From Ignicoccus islandicus DSM 13165 (GTDB lineage: Archaea > Thermoproteota > Thermoprotei_A > Sulfolobales > Ignicoccaceae), in NCBI RefSeq assembly GCF_001481685.1, contig NZ_CP006867.1:930001-962000 (forward strand): a DNA stretch of 32,000 bases, given 5' to 3'. The notes beneath the pieces were generated by a model, which was given only the letters and a program-made list of their open reading frames with translations, had not been told where the DNA came from and did no database searches. A program made the translations under genes and the position numbers. Shown piece after piece: positions 17,038-25,336 of this stretch. Position 1 is the first letter of the stretch. Each line of letters opens with the position of its first letter.

Positions 17038-17110
17038 CGGCCCTCGTCCCGATTAAAAGTTTAGGTGTGTAGGGGAGAATTCTCTAGGCGAGTTCTGTAG
17101 TACTCAATTA

Positions 17111-17557
17111 TTACTCTTCTTCCTCCAGTTCCTCGGCCAGTATTCTGTTGAACTCCTCAATTATTGGACCGCTTTCGAGCCAATAGAGCTTGTTGTCTTT
17201 GTACCAGAAAGCGGCTGGGTATTCGTCCCTTCCAGATTGCATGTAAACCATTTCAACGTCTCTCCCGCCTATCTTAGTTCTCTCATATCTAGAGAAACCG
17301 AACAGCTCGTATAAGTTCTCGACGCTCTCCCTCAACCATTCCATAACGGCCTTGGCCTTCTCCTCGCTATCCAGATCTATTATCCACATCAATGACCCTT
17401 CGTCGAACCTCTTCAACGTAACCTTGTTGGGATCTATTGCTGGATTAGAGAACAAGGTCTTAGCAAGGGTAGGGTGGATCACCTCGAATGCCTTGACTGC
17501 ATCCGAACCCTTCTTTTCAAGAACTACTCTAGCCAAGCGAACTAGCCCCCACAACAC
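17111..17557 (-). CDS. hypothetical protein with acidic C-terminal tail
   Basis: 148-aa ORF with no antisense competitor of similar quality. No motif recognised. Confidence 0.5.
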   Translation of the reverse strand: MLWGLVRLARVVLEKKGSDAVKAFEVIHPTLAKTLFSNPAIDPNKVTLKRFDEGSLMWIIDLDSEEKAKAVMEWLRESVENLYELFGFSRYERTKIGGRDVEMVYMQSGRDEYPAAFWYKDNKLYWLESGPIIEEFNRILAEELEEEE

Positions 17558-17692
17558 TCTATCCTCAACTAATATTTAAGGTACCAACTCCATCACAATT
17601 CCCAACTAAAAGCAATGCAGTTTTGTGCCCCGCACGCGATATGGAATTCAATTTCACTAGTAATTTTTTCCGAATAATGAGAACACGGTGTC

Positions 17693-18168
17693 CTACTTCT
17701 CAATTTTAGAGGCTATCCCTTTTACTAGCCTCTCTACGCGCTTCAACGCGGTCTCCACGTCCTCTCGGGCGCACAACCCCTCGTAGAAGCAAACGTGCAT
17801 GCTTTGTGCCGCATACCAAGAATCGCTTACCCACTCACCGAGCTCCCTCTCAATTCTCCTCTTGTACTCCCAGAATTCTCCGTGGCTCGAAAGCCTCTTG
17901 CCGTCCTTCCAATAAGCGTAGGCCTTAACTGCTAGAGCGGCCGCCCCCAGACTTTCTCAGCGGCTTGTCTAACGTTCCCTTTATTTAGTTCGTCTCTAGC
18001 TTCTTCGAGAAGCCCCTTCGCAGCCTCAATGTATTCCACTGCCCTATTCCTTGGATCGAGGCCTTGAGAGAGTAGTTCGACCAAGTACTCATTAACGCCG
18101 AGCCTTTCGGCCTCTTCCTTAACTCGCTTAGCCAGTCGCCCGCGAACAACTATGGTGGATCGATCCAA
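17693..18168 (-). pseudogene. PaREP1-family gene interrupted by a 1-nt frameshift in a G5 run
   Basis: ORF 17932..18168 ends ...AAEKVWGRPL*. Shifting one base at the G run (plus-strand C run 17944-17948) continues as WGAAALAVKAYAYWKDGKRLSSHGEFWEYKRRIERELGEWVSDSWYAAQSMHVCFYEG...IEK* down to 17693. Confidence 0.65.
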
Positions 18169-18515
18169 TTCCTCGTACCTACTTTAATTGCATCGGCATC
18201 GGGAGAAATAAGCTTGGTAACCCGAACTATTAGAGATGCGCGAAGAAAAGCGTTGCAATCGGGTTCCTGAGAACTAACGTGCTGAAGATGCTTGCGGCGG
18301 ACCAGTGAAGGTATCGAAGCCTCCTAAGACCTCTCCTCTTAAACCTCATGCGTGATAGTAAGAATAGATTTCTAATATGGGATATCAGTATTTCAAGCGC
18401 TCCGTCTTGCCATTAACTAGAGCTCAGGGCTTGAGGACCCTTTGTTTCAGAAGTGGTCTAATTAATTACGCCGCTAAAAGCTGTCAGTTAGCTTAGAATC
18501 AATAGATCAGTGTTT

Positions 18516-18592
18516 TGGTGGGCCCGCGGGGATTTGAACCCCGGACTACCGCCGTGTCAGGGCGGCGTCCTTCCGGGCTAGACGACGGGCCC
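18516..18592 (-). tRNA. tRNA-Val (anticodon GAC), CCA encoded
   Basis: GGGCCCG-TC-GTCT-AGCCCGGAA-GGAC-G-CCGCC-CTGACAC-GGCGG-TAGTC-CGGGG-TTCAAAT-CCCCG-CGGGCCC-A-CCA. Confidence 0.95.
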
Positions 18593-18629
18593 TCCGCGTT
18601 ATGCTCTCCTCGGCTCATGCTTATAAGCT

Positions 18630-19163
18630 TTATGATTTGAAGAACCTAACTAGACCATAGGCGAAAGCCAGTACGCTCAAGATCGTTAGGATGCCCGTTT
18701 GGAATTGAGGGTCGGAGTACCTTTGGGGTAGTAGGGGTTTGTGAGGCGGTCCCATTATTTGAACTACGGCCGATTGGCCTTGAACGACCATTGTAACTAA
18801 CGGATGTAGAGTGTAGGGTTCGGCCGTTATAGTCCAAGATAGGGTACCAGTGTTATTCGCCTTATCTGCATACATTATCGTCAAGGTATAGGGAGGATCC
18901 GGTAGCTCGACTTGAACGAAATCTAAGGTCTTAACGTTGGGCGTTGTGCTCAGTAAAGTTTTAGTTGAATTATTCTTAGAGTAGATTACTTCCAATAACG
19001 CTACTGTACAAGGATCCGATAACGACTCAATGAGGAGGCGGTTGTGGTCTATAGCTATTAGTTTGGGCGAAGGAGCGCTCAAGTCGCCAACGCACTCTTG
19101 GGGGGCAGCTATCATCGCTGTTGAAACAATTAATAAGGTCAAGAGAAGTTTCTTATCTTTCAA
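18630..19163 (-). CDS. hypothetical exported protein with signal peptide and C-terminal TM anchor
   Basis: N-terminal MKDKKLLLTLLIVSTAMIAA, C-terminal ILTILSVLAFAYGLVRFF, and N-x-S/T sequons in between. Confidence 0.55.
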   Translation of the reverse strand: MKDKKLLLTLLIVSTAMIAAPQECVGDLSAPSPKLIAIDHNRLLIESLSDPCTVALLEVIYSKNNSTKTLLSTTPNVKTLDFVQVELPDPPYTLTIMYADKANNTGTLSWTITAEPYTLHPLVTMVVQGQSAVVQIMGPPHKPLLPQRYSDPQFQTGILTILSVLAFAYGLVRFFKS

Positions 19164-19189
19164 GGCACCTATTCCCAGAGGGTGGATCC

Positions 19190-19831
19190 GTGAGAAGTTT
19201 ATTGGTATTGGTAATTGCGTCGTTGCTAGCAGAGGCGTTTAGCTCAACGGTAATTAGCGGCGAAGTTAGAGCCTTGATACCTACGGGAGAGCAGTGGATA
19301 TGGGTACTTAATAACTCAGTAGTAATTGCGTCTTCGCCTCCGAATCAGCTCAACGGTACTTGGAAGGTCGTATCTATAGAAGCTCCCCCGGGCGTAAATG
19401 CGTACGTCTTAGTTAAAGGACCTTGGATATGTAAAATAGAGGCATTGAACTTGCTCGGAACGGAGGTTAAACCAATAGTAATCTCGAACGCGTCCATTCC
19501 AAAGATCAGATGCGATACGAGGTACCTCTGGGGAAATCTGAGGGATCTGGTCGGGAAGGGCAATTACTTGGTGGTCTTCATACCTCTTAGCCAAGACCTA
19601 ATTAGCGCCTTAGGCTCCTTCTCCTCTTCGGTCTGTTTGGACGTGGAATACAACGCGATCCTCGAGAACTCTACAATGGTAGTGAACGTTACCGCGAAGC
19701 CCCTGAAACCATGGATTAGAATATGTCCACCATCTAAGTTAGTTGACGTTATAGTAGCTTGGGGCGAGGCGACTCAAGTAGACGTTTACTTTAATGGAAG
19801 AAAGGTCTTTCATTTCCCAAATAGTAAGTAA
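19190..19831 (+). CDS. hypothetical secreted protein
   Basis: GTG 19190 gives (M)RSLLVLVIASLLAEAFS, a signal-like N-terminus. Several N-glycosylation sequons. The ORF opens at 19121, but that would overlap the divergent neighbour. Confidence 0.5.
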   Translation: MRSLLVLVIASLLAEAFSSTVISGEVRALIPTGEQWIWVLNNSVVIASSPPNQLNGTWKVVSIEAPPGVNAYVLVKGPWICKIEALNLLGTEVKPIVISNASIPKIRCDTRYLWGNLRDLVGKGNYLVVFIPLSQDLISALGSFSSSVCLDVEYNAILENSTMVVNVTAKPLKPWIRICPPSKLVDVIVAWGEATQVDVYFNGRKVFHFPNSK

Positions 19832-20754
19832 CCTCTCTCCTCCCTTACCCCTACCCTAATGACCTTCTCGCCGTTGGGCTTCTCGTACAGCGCCCCCCTT
19901 ACTCTCACCTTGCCTCCCTTTACGAATACCTTCGCGAAGGCGCTTTCGTAACTTTCTATTAGGTACTTGCCTGCCCAACACCTATGAGGATAGTAAAGAC
20001 CTCTTTCACAAGGCTCTAATTCAAGCGTTCCTTCGAACCTACCAACGAACTCTGAAACTGAGTTCCCATAACGTTCCAATTCCTCCTTGACGAAAGCGAA
20101 GGAAACTTCCTTATTCCTGTAAACGGCTCTCTTCGCCTTAGAGTACAAGGACTTCGCGTCTTCTAATGGAATGCCTAGGCTCTTAGATACCCTCCAGATC
20201 CAACCCTTTTCCTCCTCCAATACCTCGCTGCTCTCCAACTCCTCCCATATCCACATAGGATCCCCAACAGGATATATCAAGAAATCTAAGTCGGAATTAT
20301 CGTGATGGATCGATAGGAGCAAACTGCCGCCCAGACCCAATTGCTTAATTCCAAGATTCGAGTAAGCATCCAACGCGAGCCCTTCCAATTCGTCTTTAGG
20401 AGAAGCGATGACCTCTCCCATCCTCTTTAACGGATGGGGCGCCCAGAGCACCTCAGTAGCATCGACGCATGGAACCTCGGAAGAGAAGTTGGGGTCGTAA
20501 ACGAGATTGCCTTTCCTAACGCTAAGGGGGTCGTAGCTAGGTATCACTCTCTCGAAGCCTCTCCAGAGTCCCCTTCCGGTATAGACGTACTTCAAGTAAG
20601 CTATTACGCAACCCGGAGGGTGCTCGTACCCTACTGAAACCCTTACCTCCAGGTTCCTAGTAATAAACGACCTCTTGTCTTCTAACACTTGTTCCGCACC
20701 TCGCTGTTTCAACCAAAGCCAAGTACTCCATTGCCTCCACTTTGTTGAGGGCAT
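19810..20754 (-). CDS. predicted Pol-beta-superfamily nucleotidyltransferase, uncharacterised; start uncertain
   Basis: LGGSLLLSIHHDNSDLDFLIYP fits the G[GS]-x(9-13)-D-x-D NTase motif. The C-terminal beta-rich region ends KVRVRGALYEKPNGEKVIRVGV. ATG 20754 overlaps the upstream gene by 98 nt; in-frame TTG 20595 and GTG 20547 are alternative starts. Confidence 0.5.
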   Translation of the reverse strand: MPSTKWRQWSTWLWLKQRGAEQVLEDKRSFITRNLEVRVSVGYEHPPGCVIAYLKYVYTGRGLWRGFERVIPSYDPLSVRKGNLVYDPNFSSEVPCVDATEVLWAPHPLKRMGEVIASPKDELEGLALDAYSNLGIKQLGLGGSLLLSIHHDNSDLDFLIYPVGDPMWIWEELESSEVLEEEKGWIWRVSKSLGIPLEDAKSLYSKAKRAVYRNKEVSFAFVKEELERYGNSVSEFVGRFEGTLELEPCERGLYYPHRCWAGKYLIESYESAFAKVFVKGGKVRVRGALYEKPNGEKVIRVGVREERGYLLFGK

Positions 20755-21250
20755 CGAAGGGATTCCTTCCCCCCGCTATCACTCCATGTCCCTTCATTAC
20801 TACTACGTCGCTCCCTTCCGAGAACTTCCTCCCTACGGCTTCGGCCAACTCCAAGCTGCCGGCATCAATTCTCTCAACTACACCGACCTTTGAAATAGCG
20901 TACCGCGTTTCAACGTACTTGCTGACCAATTCGTTGAATTGATCTTCCGCGTAAACGTCGGCCAGAGCGACAGTTAATGGGTTGTGGGCGTGAACTACTG
21001 ATTGAAAGTCTGTGTTCAAGTATATTTGAGCGTGCATTCTATACTCAATTGAAGGTTTGGGACCTTCCCACTCGAGGGTCTTCAGATTGACGCGAGTCAA
21101 GTCCTTTATCTTATGCTTAGGTACTCCGGAAGGAGTAATTAGGAAGAACTCGCCGCACTTCAAGCTCGCGTTGCCGCTAAGGACAGTAATTAAACCCCTT
21201 TGGTACAAGAGCTTCATTACTTCAATGAGCTCCTCGCCTTCACAGTTCAA
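20657..21250 (-). CDS. class II aldolase/adducin-family protein (L-fuculose-phosphate aldolase-like)
   Basis: Motifs SGNASLK, LITPSGVPK, IEYRMHAQIY, VVHAHNP and MKGHGVIAGG. Confidence 0.75.
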   Translation of the reverse strand: MNCEGEELIEVMKLLYQRGLITVLSGNASLKCGEFFLITPSGVPKHKIKDLTRVNLKTLEWEGPKPSIEYRMHAQIYLNTDFQSVVHAHNPLTVALADVYAEDQFNELVSKYVETRYAISKVGVVERIDAGSLELAEAVGRKFSEGSDVVVMKGHGVIAGGRNPFDALNKVEAMEYLALVETARCGTSVRRQEVVYY

Positions 21251-22188
21251 GTGACTTCACCCCTTTCGATGCCGAGCGCTTGCAATATTCTGTGAGCTAT
21301 CTCTATGGACGTTCTCCTTTGAGCCTCCTTCGTTTGGGCTCCGATGTGAGCAGTAGCGAAGACGTTCGGGTGACGTATTAGCTTCAAGAGGTACTCGCTC
21401 TGAGGAGGCTCCTCCGGATAAACGTCTAGGGCCGCACCACCAACCTTACCGCTCTCCAAAGCCTCCAATAGAGCCTTGTAGTCCATTACCTCGCCCCTGG
21501 CCGCATTTATTATTATCACGCCGTCTTTCATCTTCTCAATAACGTCTTTGTTGATTAGGTTCCTAGTTTCGGGCGTCAAGGGTACGTGAAGGGTAACGAA
21601 GTCAGCGTCCCTAATTGCTTCTATTAAGTCCTTCGTGAACTTGGCCCCCAGTTCCTCGGCAACGTCGCTCATATCTATGACGTCGTAAGCGATAACGTCC
21701 ATTCCTAGTTCCCTGGCCTTCTTGGTAACTTCCCTTCCTATCCTGCCGAAGCCTATTACAGCTAGCTTCTTGCCCGCTATTTCAGTTCCCATTACCTTCT
21801 CCCATTTCCCTTCCAACAATGCTCTATAGCTGTACATAGCCTTCCTAGCGACTACTATCATCATAGCTATTACGAGTTCCGCAACAGCGTTCTTCAAAGC
21901 GTCCGGCGCGTTTACTACTTTGATTCCCTTTTCCCTCGCGGCCTCCAAGTCTATATTATCTAGACCGCTCCCAGCACGTGCTATTACCTTTAACCTATCG
22001 GCAGCTTCTATTACTTCCCTCCTAACCTTAGTCCTGCTCCTTACTATCAATACGTCAAAGCCCTTTATTCTCTCTTTTAGAACTTCCGGCCTATAGGCGT
22101 CTAGATCTACCACTACCTCGAAGCCGTTTCTCTTGAGGATATTCAAACCCTCTTCGTGAACTTTGTCCGTGACCAGGACCTTGTACAT
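21247..22188 (-). CDS. D-isomer-specific 2-hydroxyacid dehydrogenase (phosphoglycerate dehydrogenase-like)
   Basis: NAD-binding motif [16 protein letters not shown]. Catalytic region [21 protein letters not shown] and [15 protein letters not shown] near the C-terminus. Confidence 0.8.
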   Translation of the reverse strand: MYKVLVTDKVHEEGLNILKRNGFEVVVDLDAYRPEVLKERIKGFDVLIVRSRTKVRREVIEAADRLKVIARAGSGLDNIDLEAAREKGIKVVNAPDALKNAVAELVIAMMIVVARKAMYSYRALLEGKWEKVMGTEIAGKKLAVIGFGRIGREVTKKARELGMDVIAYDVIDMSDVAEELGAKFTKDLIEAIRDADFVTLHVPLTPETRNLINKDVIEKMKDGVIIINAARGEVMDYKALLEALESGKVGGAALDVYPEEPPQSEYLLKLIRHPNVFATAHIGAQTKEAQRRTSIEIAHRILQALGIERGEVT

Positions 22189-22261
22189 CCGCTTAACACC
22201 GGGTCCCTAGTTAATTGGAAGCCCTTTAACAGTTGCAACTAACGCTTTTCTAAGAGCAGAT

Positions 22262-23089
22262 ATGGAAACTAAATCGGTGTGGGGAAACCAAGTGGTAATA
22301 ATACTAAGTGCTGAATTGGAATTAACGAAAACCTTAAAATGGAGAGCATGGAAAGGGACTTTTTCCGGTAAAGTAATTTATGATTCTATTTCACAAGAAA
22401 ATCCAGTAGCTTCGCTCCGAACGGTCCCTCCCGAGAAAATGAAGCCGGAGTTAAGGGCGGGCGACGTCGTTAAAGTCAGAGCTGTCTTTTGGGGACCGTA
22501 CGCGGAATCGACTGCTTCCGAGGTATCAATAGGCCTCCTTAACTTAGACTACGCAGTGCCTATCAACGTAAAGATGAGGGAGCTAAGCGTAGATAAGCCG
22601 CCTGAGGTAGTCAAGAGCGAGGACCCAAAGGCAATATATTTCACTGCTTTCCACTTCCCTACGTTCTATAAGTTCCACGGTTCATGGGTTTCCCTCCCAT
22701 CGGTCTTCAGAATGTTGAACTCGCTCTTCAAGAGACTGGGGGAGGAGTTAGGGAGAGATATGGATCAAGAAGCGCTTAAGGAACTCGCATTGAAAATAGA
22801 AGCGATAGGGGGTAACCTAAGGATAACTAGGGAGAGGGTTAAGGGCAACTTGGAAGTTCCTACCTTCAACGGCAAAATTAAGTACTATGGTGTATTGAAC
22901 GAAGGGGAAATTCAGTTGCTACTATGGGCCCTGAAGTACTTGCCCTTGTTCGGCGCGGGAGCATCTCCTGGAATGGGGTTCGGTCACGTTCAATGGGTTG
23001 AAGTGAGGGAACCGCCCTTCGAAACGCCAGTGGGGAAGTTTAAGGAAAACATAAGGTATGATTTCGATGATTATCTAATGGAGAAATAG
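22262..23089 (+). CDS. cas6: Cas6-like CRISPR repeat endoribonuclease, stand-alone
   Basis: C-terminal glycine-rich loop LFGAGASPGMGFGHV, typical of Cas6. Central FHFPTFYKFHGSWVSLPSVFRMLNSLFKRL resembles the Cas6 second RAMP fold. About 270 aa. No His in the first ~140 residues. Confidence 0.6.
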   Translation: METKSVWGNQVVIILSAELELTKTLKWRAWKGTFSGKVIYDSISQENPVASLRTVPPEKMKPELRAGDVVKVRAVFWGPYAESTASEVSIGLLNLDYAVPINVKMRELSVDKPPEVVKSEDPKAIYFTAFHFPTFYKFHGSWVSLPSVFRMLNSLFKRLGEELGRDMDQEALKELALKIEAIGGNLRITRERVKGNLEVPTFNGKIKYYGVLNEGEIQLLLWALKYLPLFGAGASPGMGFGHVQWVEVREPPFETPVGKFKENIRYDFDDYLMEK

Positions 23090-23095
23090 CGGATC

Positions 23096-23650
23096 CTAAC
23101 CTAGATCTATTACTCCCTTAGCGCTTACCACGCCCGTTTCCTTGTCGAATAGTTTGGCTATACACAGTGCTAAGGACTTGAATAGAGCCTCGACCTTGTG
23201 ATGATCGTTGGATCCGCTCAGCAACCTCAAGTGAAGGGTTACGGACGATTCCCTAGCAAGGGTCTCGAAGAAGTGACTTACGTTCTCTAGCGCTAGTCCA
23301 CCTATCTCTTCCCTCTTGAACTCCATCTCTCCGAAGAATCCACCCCTCCCGGAAACGTCCACGCTGCATAGGGCCAGCGCCTCATCCATAGGAACAATAC
23401 TCCAAGCGAACCTGTTTTTCAATTCCTTCCTAAATAGTTCCTTTAGGAACCTACCAAAGGTTATGGCAACGTCTTCCACTAGGTGATGATCGTCGAAGCC
23501 TTGGAGGTCTCTCGCCTTTACGCAAACGTTCAACTTGGAATGCTTAATGAGGGTCTCGATCATGTGCTTGAAGAACGGAATTTCTATTTCTACGGAAGGT
23601 TGATCGCATTCCTTAACCTCTACTTCGGTTTCCCTAGTCGTTCTCTTCAA
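23096..23650 (-). CDS. hisB: imidazoleglycerol-phosphate dehydratase
   Basis: Motifs RTTRETEVEV, DDHHLVEDVAITFG and NDHHKVEALFKSLA. GGAGGTG lies 8 nt upstream of the TTG start. Confidence 0.9.
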   Translation of the reverse strand: MKRTTRETEVEVKECDQPSVEIEIPFFKHMIETLIKHSKLNVCVKARDLQGFDDHHLVEDVAITFGRFLKELFRKELKNRFAWSIVPMDEALALCSVDVSGRGGFFGEMEFKREEIGGLALENVSHFFETLARESSVTLHLRLLSGSNDHHKVEALFKSLALCIAKLFDKETGVVSAKGVIDLG

Positions 23651-23718
23651 TGTTCGACACCTCCCAGGGCTCAGACAGCCACCGCCTCCTCACCGTTTAG
23701 GAGTGGTCGGGATGCTCC

Positions 23719-24987
23719 TCATTGCCTACTGAACTTCTCGAGGGCCTTATTAAGAGCTCTAAGCTTGTGCTCTGTTTCTTCCCACTCTCGTTCCGGTATT
23801 GAATAGTAAACTATTCCAGCGCCGGCTTGTATTCTCAGTCTCCCGTTTCTCGCAAAGTACGACCTTATTGTTATTGCGAACTCGGCGTTCCCGGAGTAAT
23901 CTACGAAGCCGACCGCCCCAGCATAGGGTCCTCTCCGAAGCTTCTCTAAGTTGCCTATTATTTCCATAGCGGATGGTTTCGGCGCACCGCTAACTGTACC
24001 TGCCGGAAAGGTTGCCTTAAGAACGTCTATGGCATCGAAGTTCGGATCGAGTTCACCCTCAACCTTACTGACTAGATGTTGAACGTGACTGTACTTCTCT
24101 ATGAACATGTATCGGGAGACCTTGACTGAACCGGGCAGCGATACCTTTCCTATGTCGTTGCGAGCTAGGTCAACTAACATTATGTGCTCCGCCCTTTCCT
24201 TTTCGTCGCTCAGAAGCTCCTCCTCTAACTTAACGTCTTCCCAAGGGTCCCTCCCCCTAGGCCTAGTTCCAGCAATGGGGAACGTTTCTATCTTGTTCCC
24301 CTCGACGCGGTAAAGCAGTTCCGGACTAGAACCTATTACTTCGGCGTCCTCGAACCTCAAGTGGAACATGTAAGGTGAAGGATTCACTTTAGCTAGTTCC
24401 ATGTATAGAGCTCTCAGGTCGCCCTCGTAATTCATTGTATAGGATTTGGAAAGCACCACTTGGATCGCTTCGCCTTCCTCCTCCTTCCTCCTGGCCTCCT
24501 CGACCCACTTTAAGAACTCCGCTTTTTCTACGTCCAGCTTCTTGTTCCACACCTCTAGTCTTCCGACTTCAGCCTTACTTAGCGCGCTTGGGGAAACGTT
24601 ACACAGGAAAGCGGTTCCTACTACGTGGTTGTAAACAACGAACTTCCTTGGAACCATGAACTGCGCCTTTGGCCATCCCATGTCATTCAATCCCTTATGT
24701 CTCACGTCCTCCCAATCCTCAACGGCCTCGTAGCTAACGTACCCGACGGGTCCGCCTCTATATAGTAAATCCCTCTCTACGGGCCTCCCCTTACTGAGTT
24801 CCCTTAAAGCTCTGTCAACGTCTTTCCACACTTTCTCCTCTACTTCAGGTTCCCATCCCACAACGCTTATCCTAGCCTTCTCGCTGGGCCCCTCACGGCT
24901 CTCTAGTAAGAACGAAGGTCCCTCGATCGAGTTGAACAGTTCCTGAGGACTCGGTATAGAAGAGATAGGTACCTTATCGCATTTCAA
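23719..24987 (-). CDS. trpE: anthranilate synthase component I (chorismate-binding enzyme)
   Basis: Motifs [70 protein letters not shown] and AGAGIVYYS. Confidence 0.85.
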   Translation of the reverse strand: MKCDKVPISSIPSPQELFNSIEGPSFLLESREGPSEKARISVVGWEPEVEEKVWKDVDRALRELSKGRPVERDLLYRGGPVGYVSYEAVEDWEDVRHKGLNDMGWPKAQFMVPRKFVVYNHVVGTAFLCNVSPSALSKAEVGRLEVWNKKLDVEKAEFLKWVEEARRKEEEGEAIQVVLSKSYTMNYEGDLRALYMELAKVNPSPYMFHLRFEDAEVIGSSPELLYRVEGNKIETFPIAGTRPRGRDPWEDVKLEEELLSDEKERAEHIMLVDLARNDIGKVSLPGSVKVSRYMFIEKYSHVQHLVSKVEGELDPNFDAIDVLKATFPAGTVSGAPKPSAMEIIGNLEKLRRGPYAGAVGFVDYSGNAEFAITIRSYFARNGRLRIQAGAGIVYYSIPEREWEETEHKLRALNKALEKFSRQ

Positions 24988-25033
24988 TCGCGCCTACCGT
25001 AACCAATTCAACTAATAGTTGTAATAAAGAATC

Positions 25034-25324
25034 TTAGAGCTTAAGGATTTTGTTTTCCTCTTCTTCCTCTTCCACGTCCTTGTATATCTTTTCAACCTTC
25101 ATCAAGGAGCCGCACTTAGGGCATCTGCCTTCGATCATGCCTATGAAGTCGCCTTCCTTCCATTCTCTAACTCTCTCGTATCCGCACTTAGGGCACTTAA
25201 TTAAGGTCTTGAACTCACCCTTCGATTCCTCGTTTTTCTTCTTTACACTCATCAACATAGATATAGTTAGCGCGAACGTTATAGCGCCTAATAAAATTAT
25301 TGATACGAGGTCCTCGTAGTTCAA
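25034..25324 (-). CDS. small membrane-anchored zinc-ribbon protein
   Basis: N-terminal TM helix IILLGAITFALTISMLM, then CPKCG...CPKCG, then an acidic tail. Lies 12 nt downstream of the DUF1512-like gene. Confidence 0.5.
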   Translation of the reverse strand: MNYEDLVSIILLGAITFALTISMLMSVKKKNEESKGEFKTLIKCPKCGYERVREWKEGDFIGMIEGRCPKCGSLMKVEKIYKDVEEEEEENKILKL

Positions 25325-25336
25325 CCCGCTCTCACC

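Noticed and set aside
18240-18350. 41-codon minus-strand ORF (MRFKRRGLRRLRYLHWSAASIFSTLVLRNPIATLFFAHL) in the gap before tRNA-Val
   Set aside because: Too short and without a recognisable promoter or motif. It cannot be supported from sequence alone.
23651-23718. GC-rich 68-nt spacer between trpE and hisB as a possible ncRNA
   Set aside because: Adequately explained as an intercistronic region carrying SD-like GGAGG strings. It has only a weak 5-bp hairpin.
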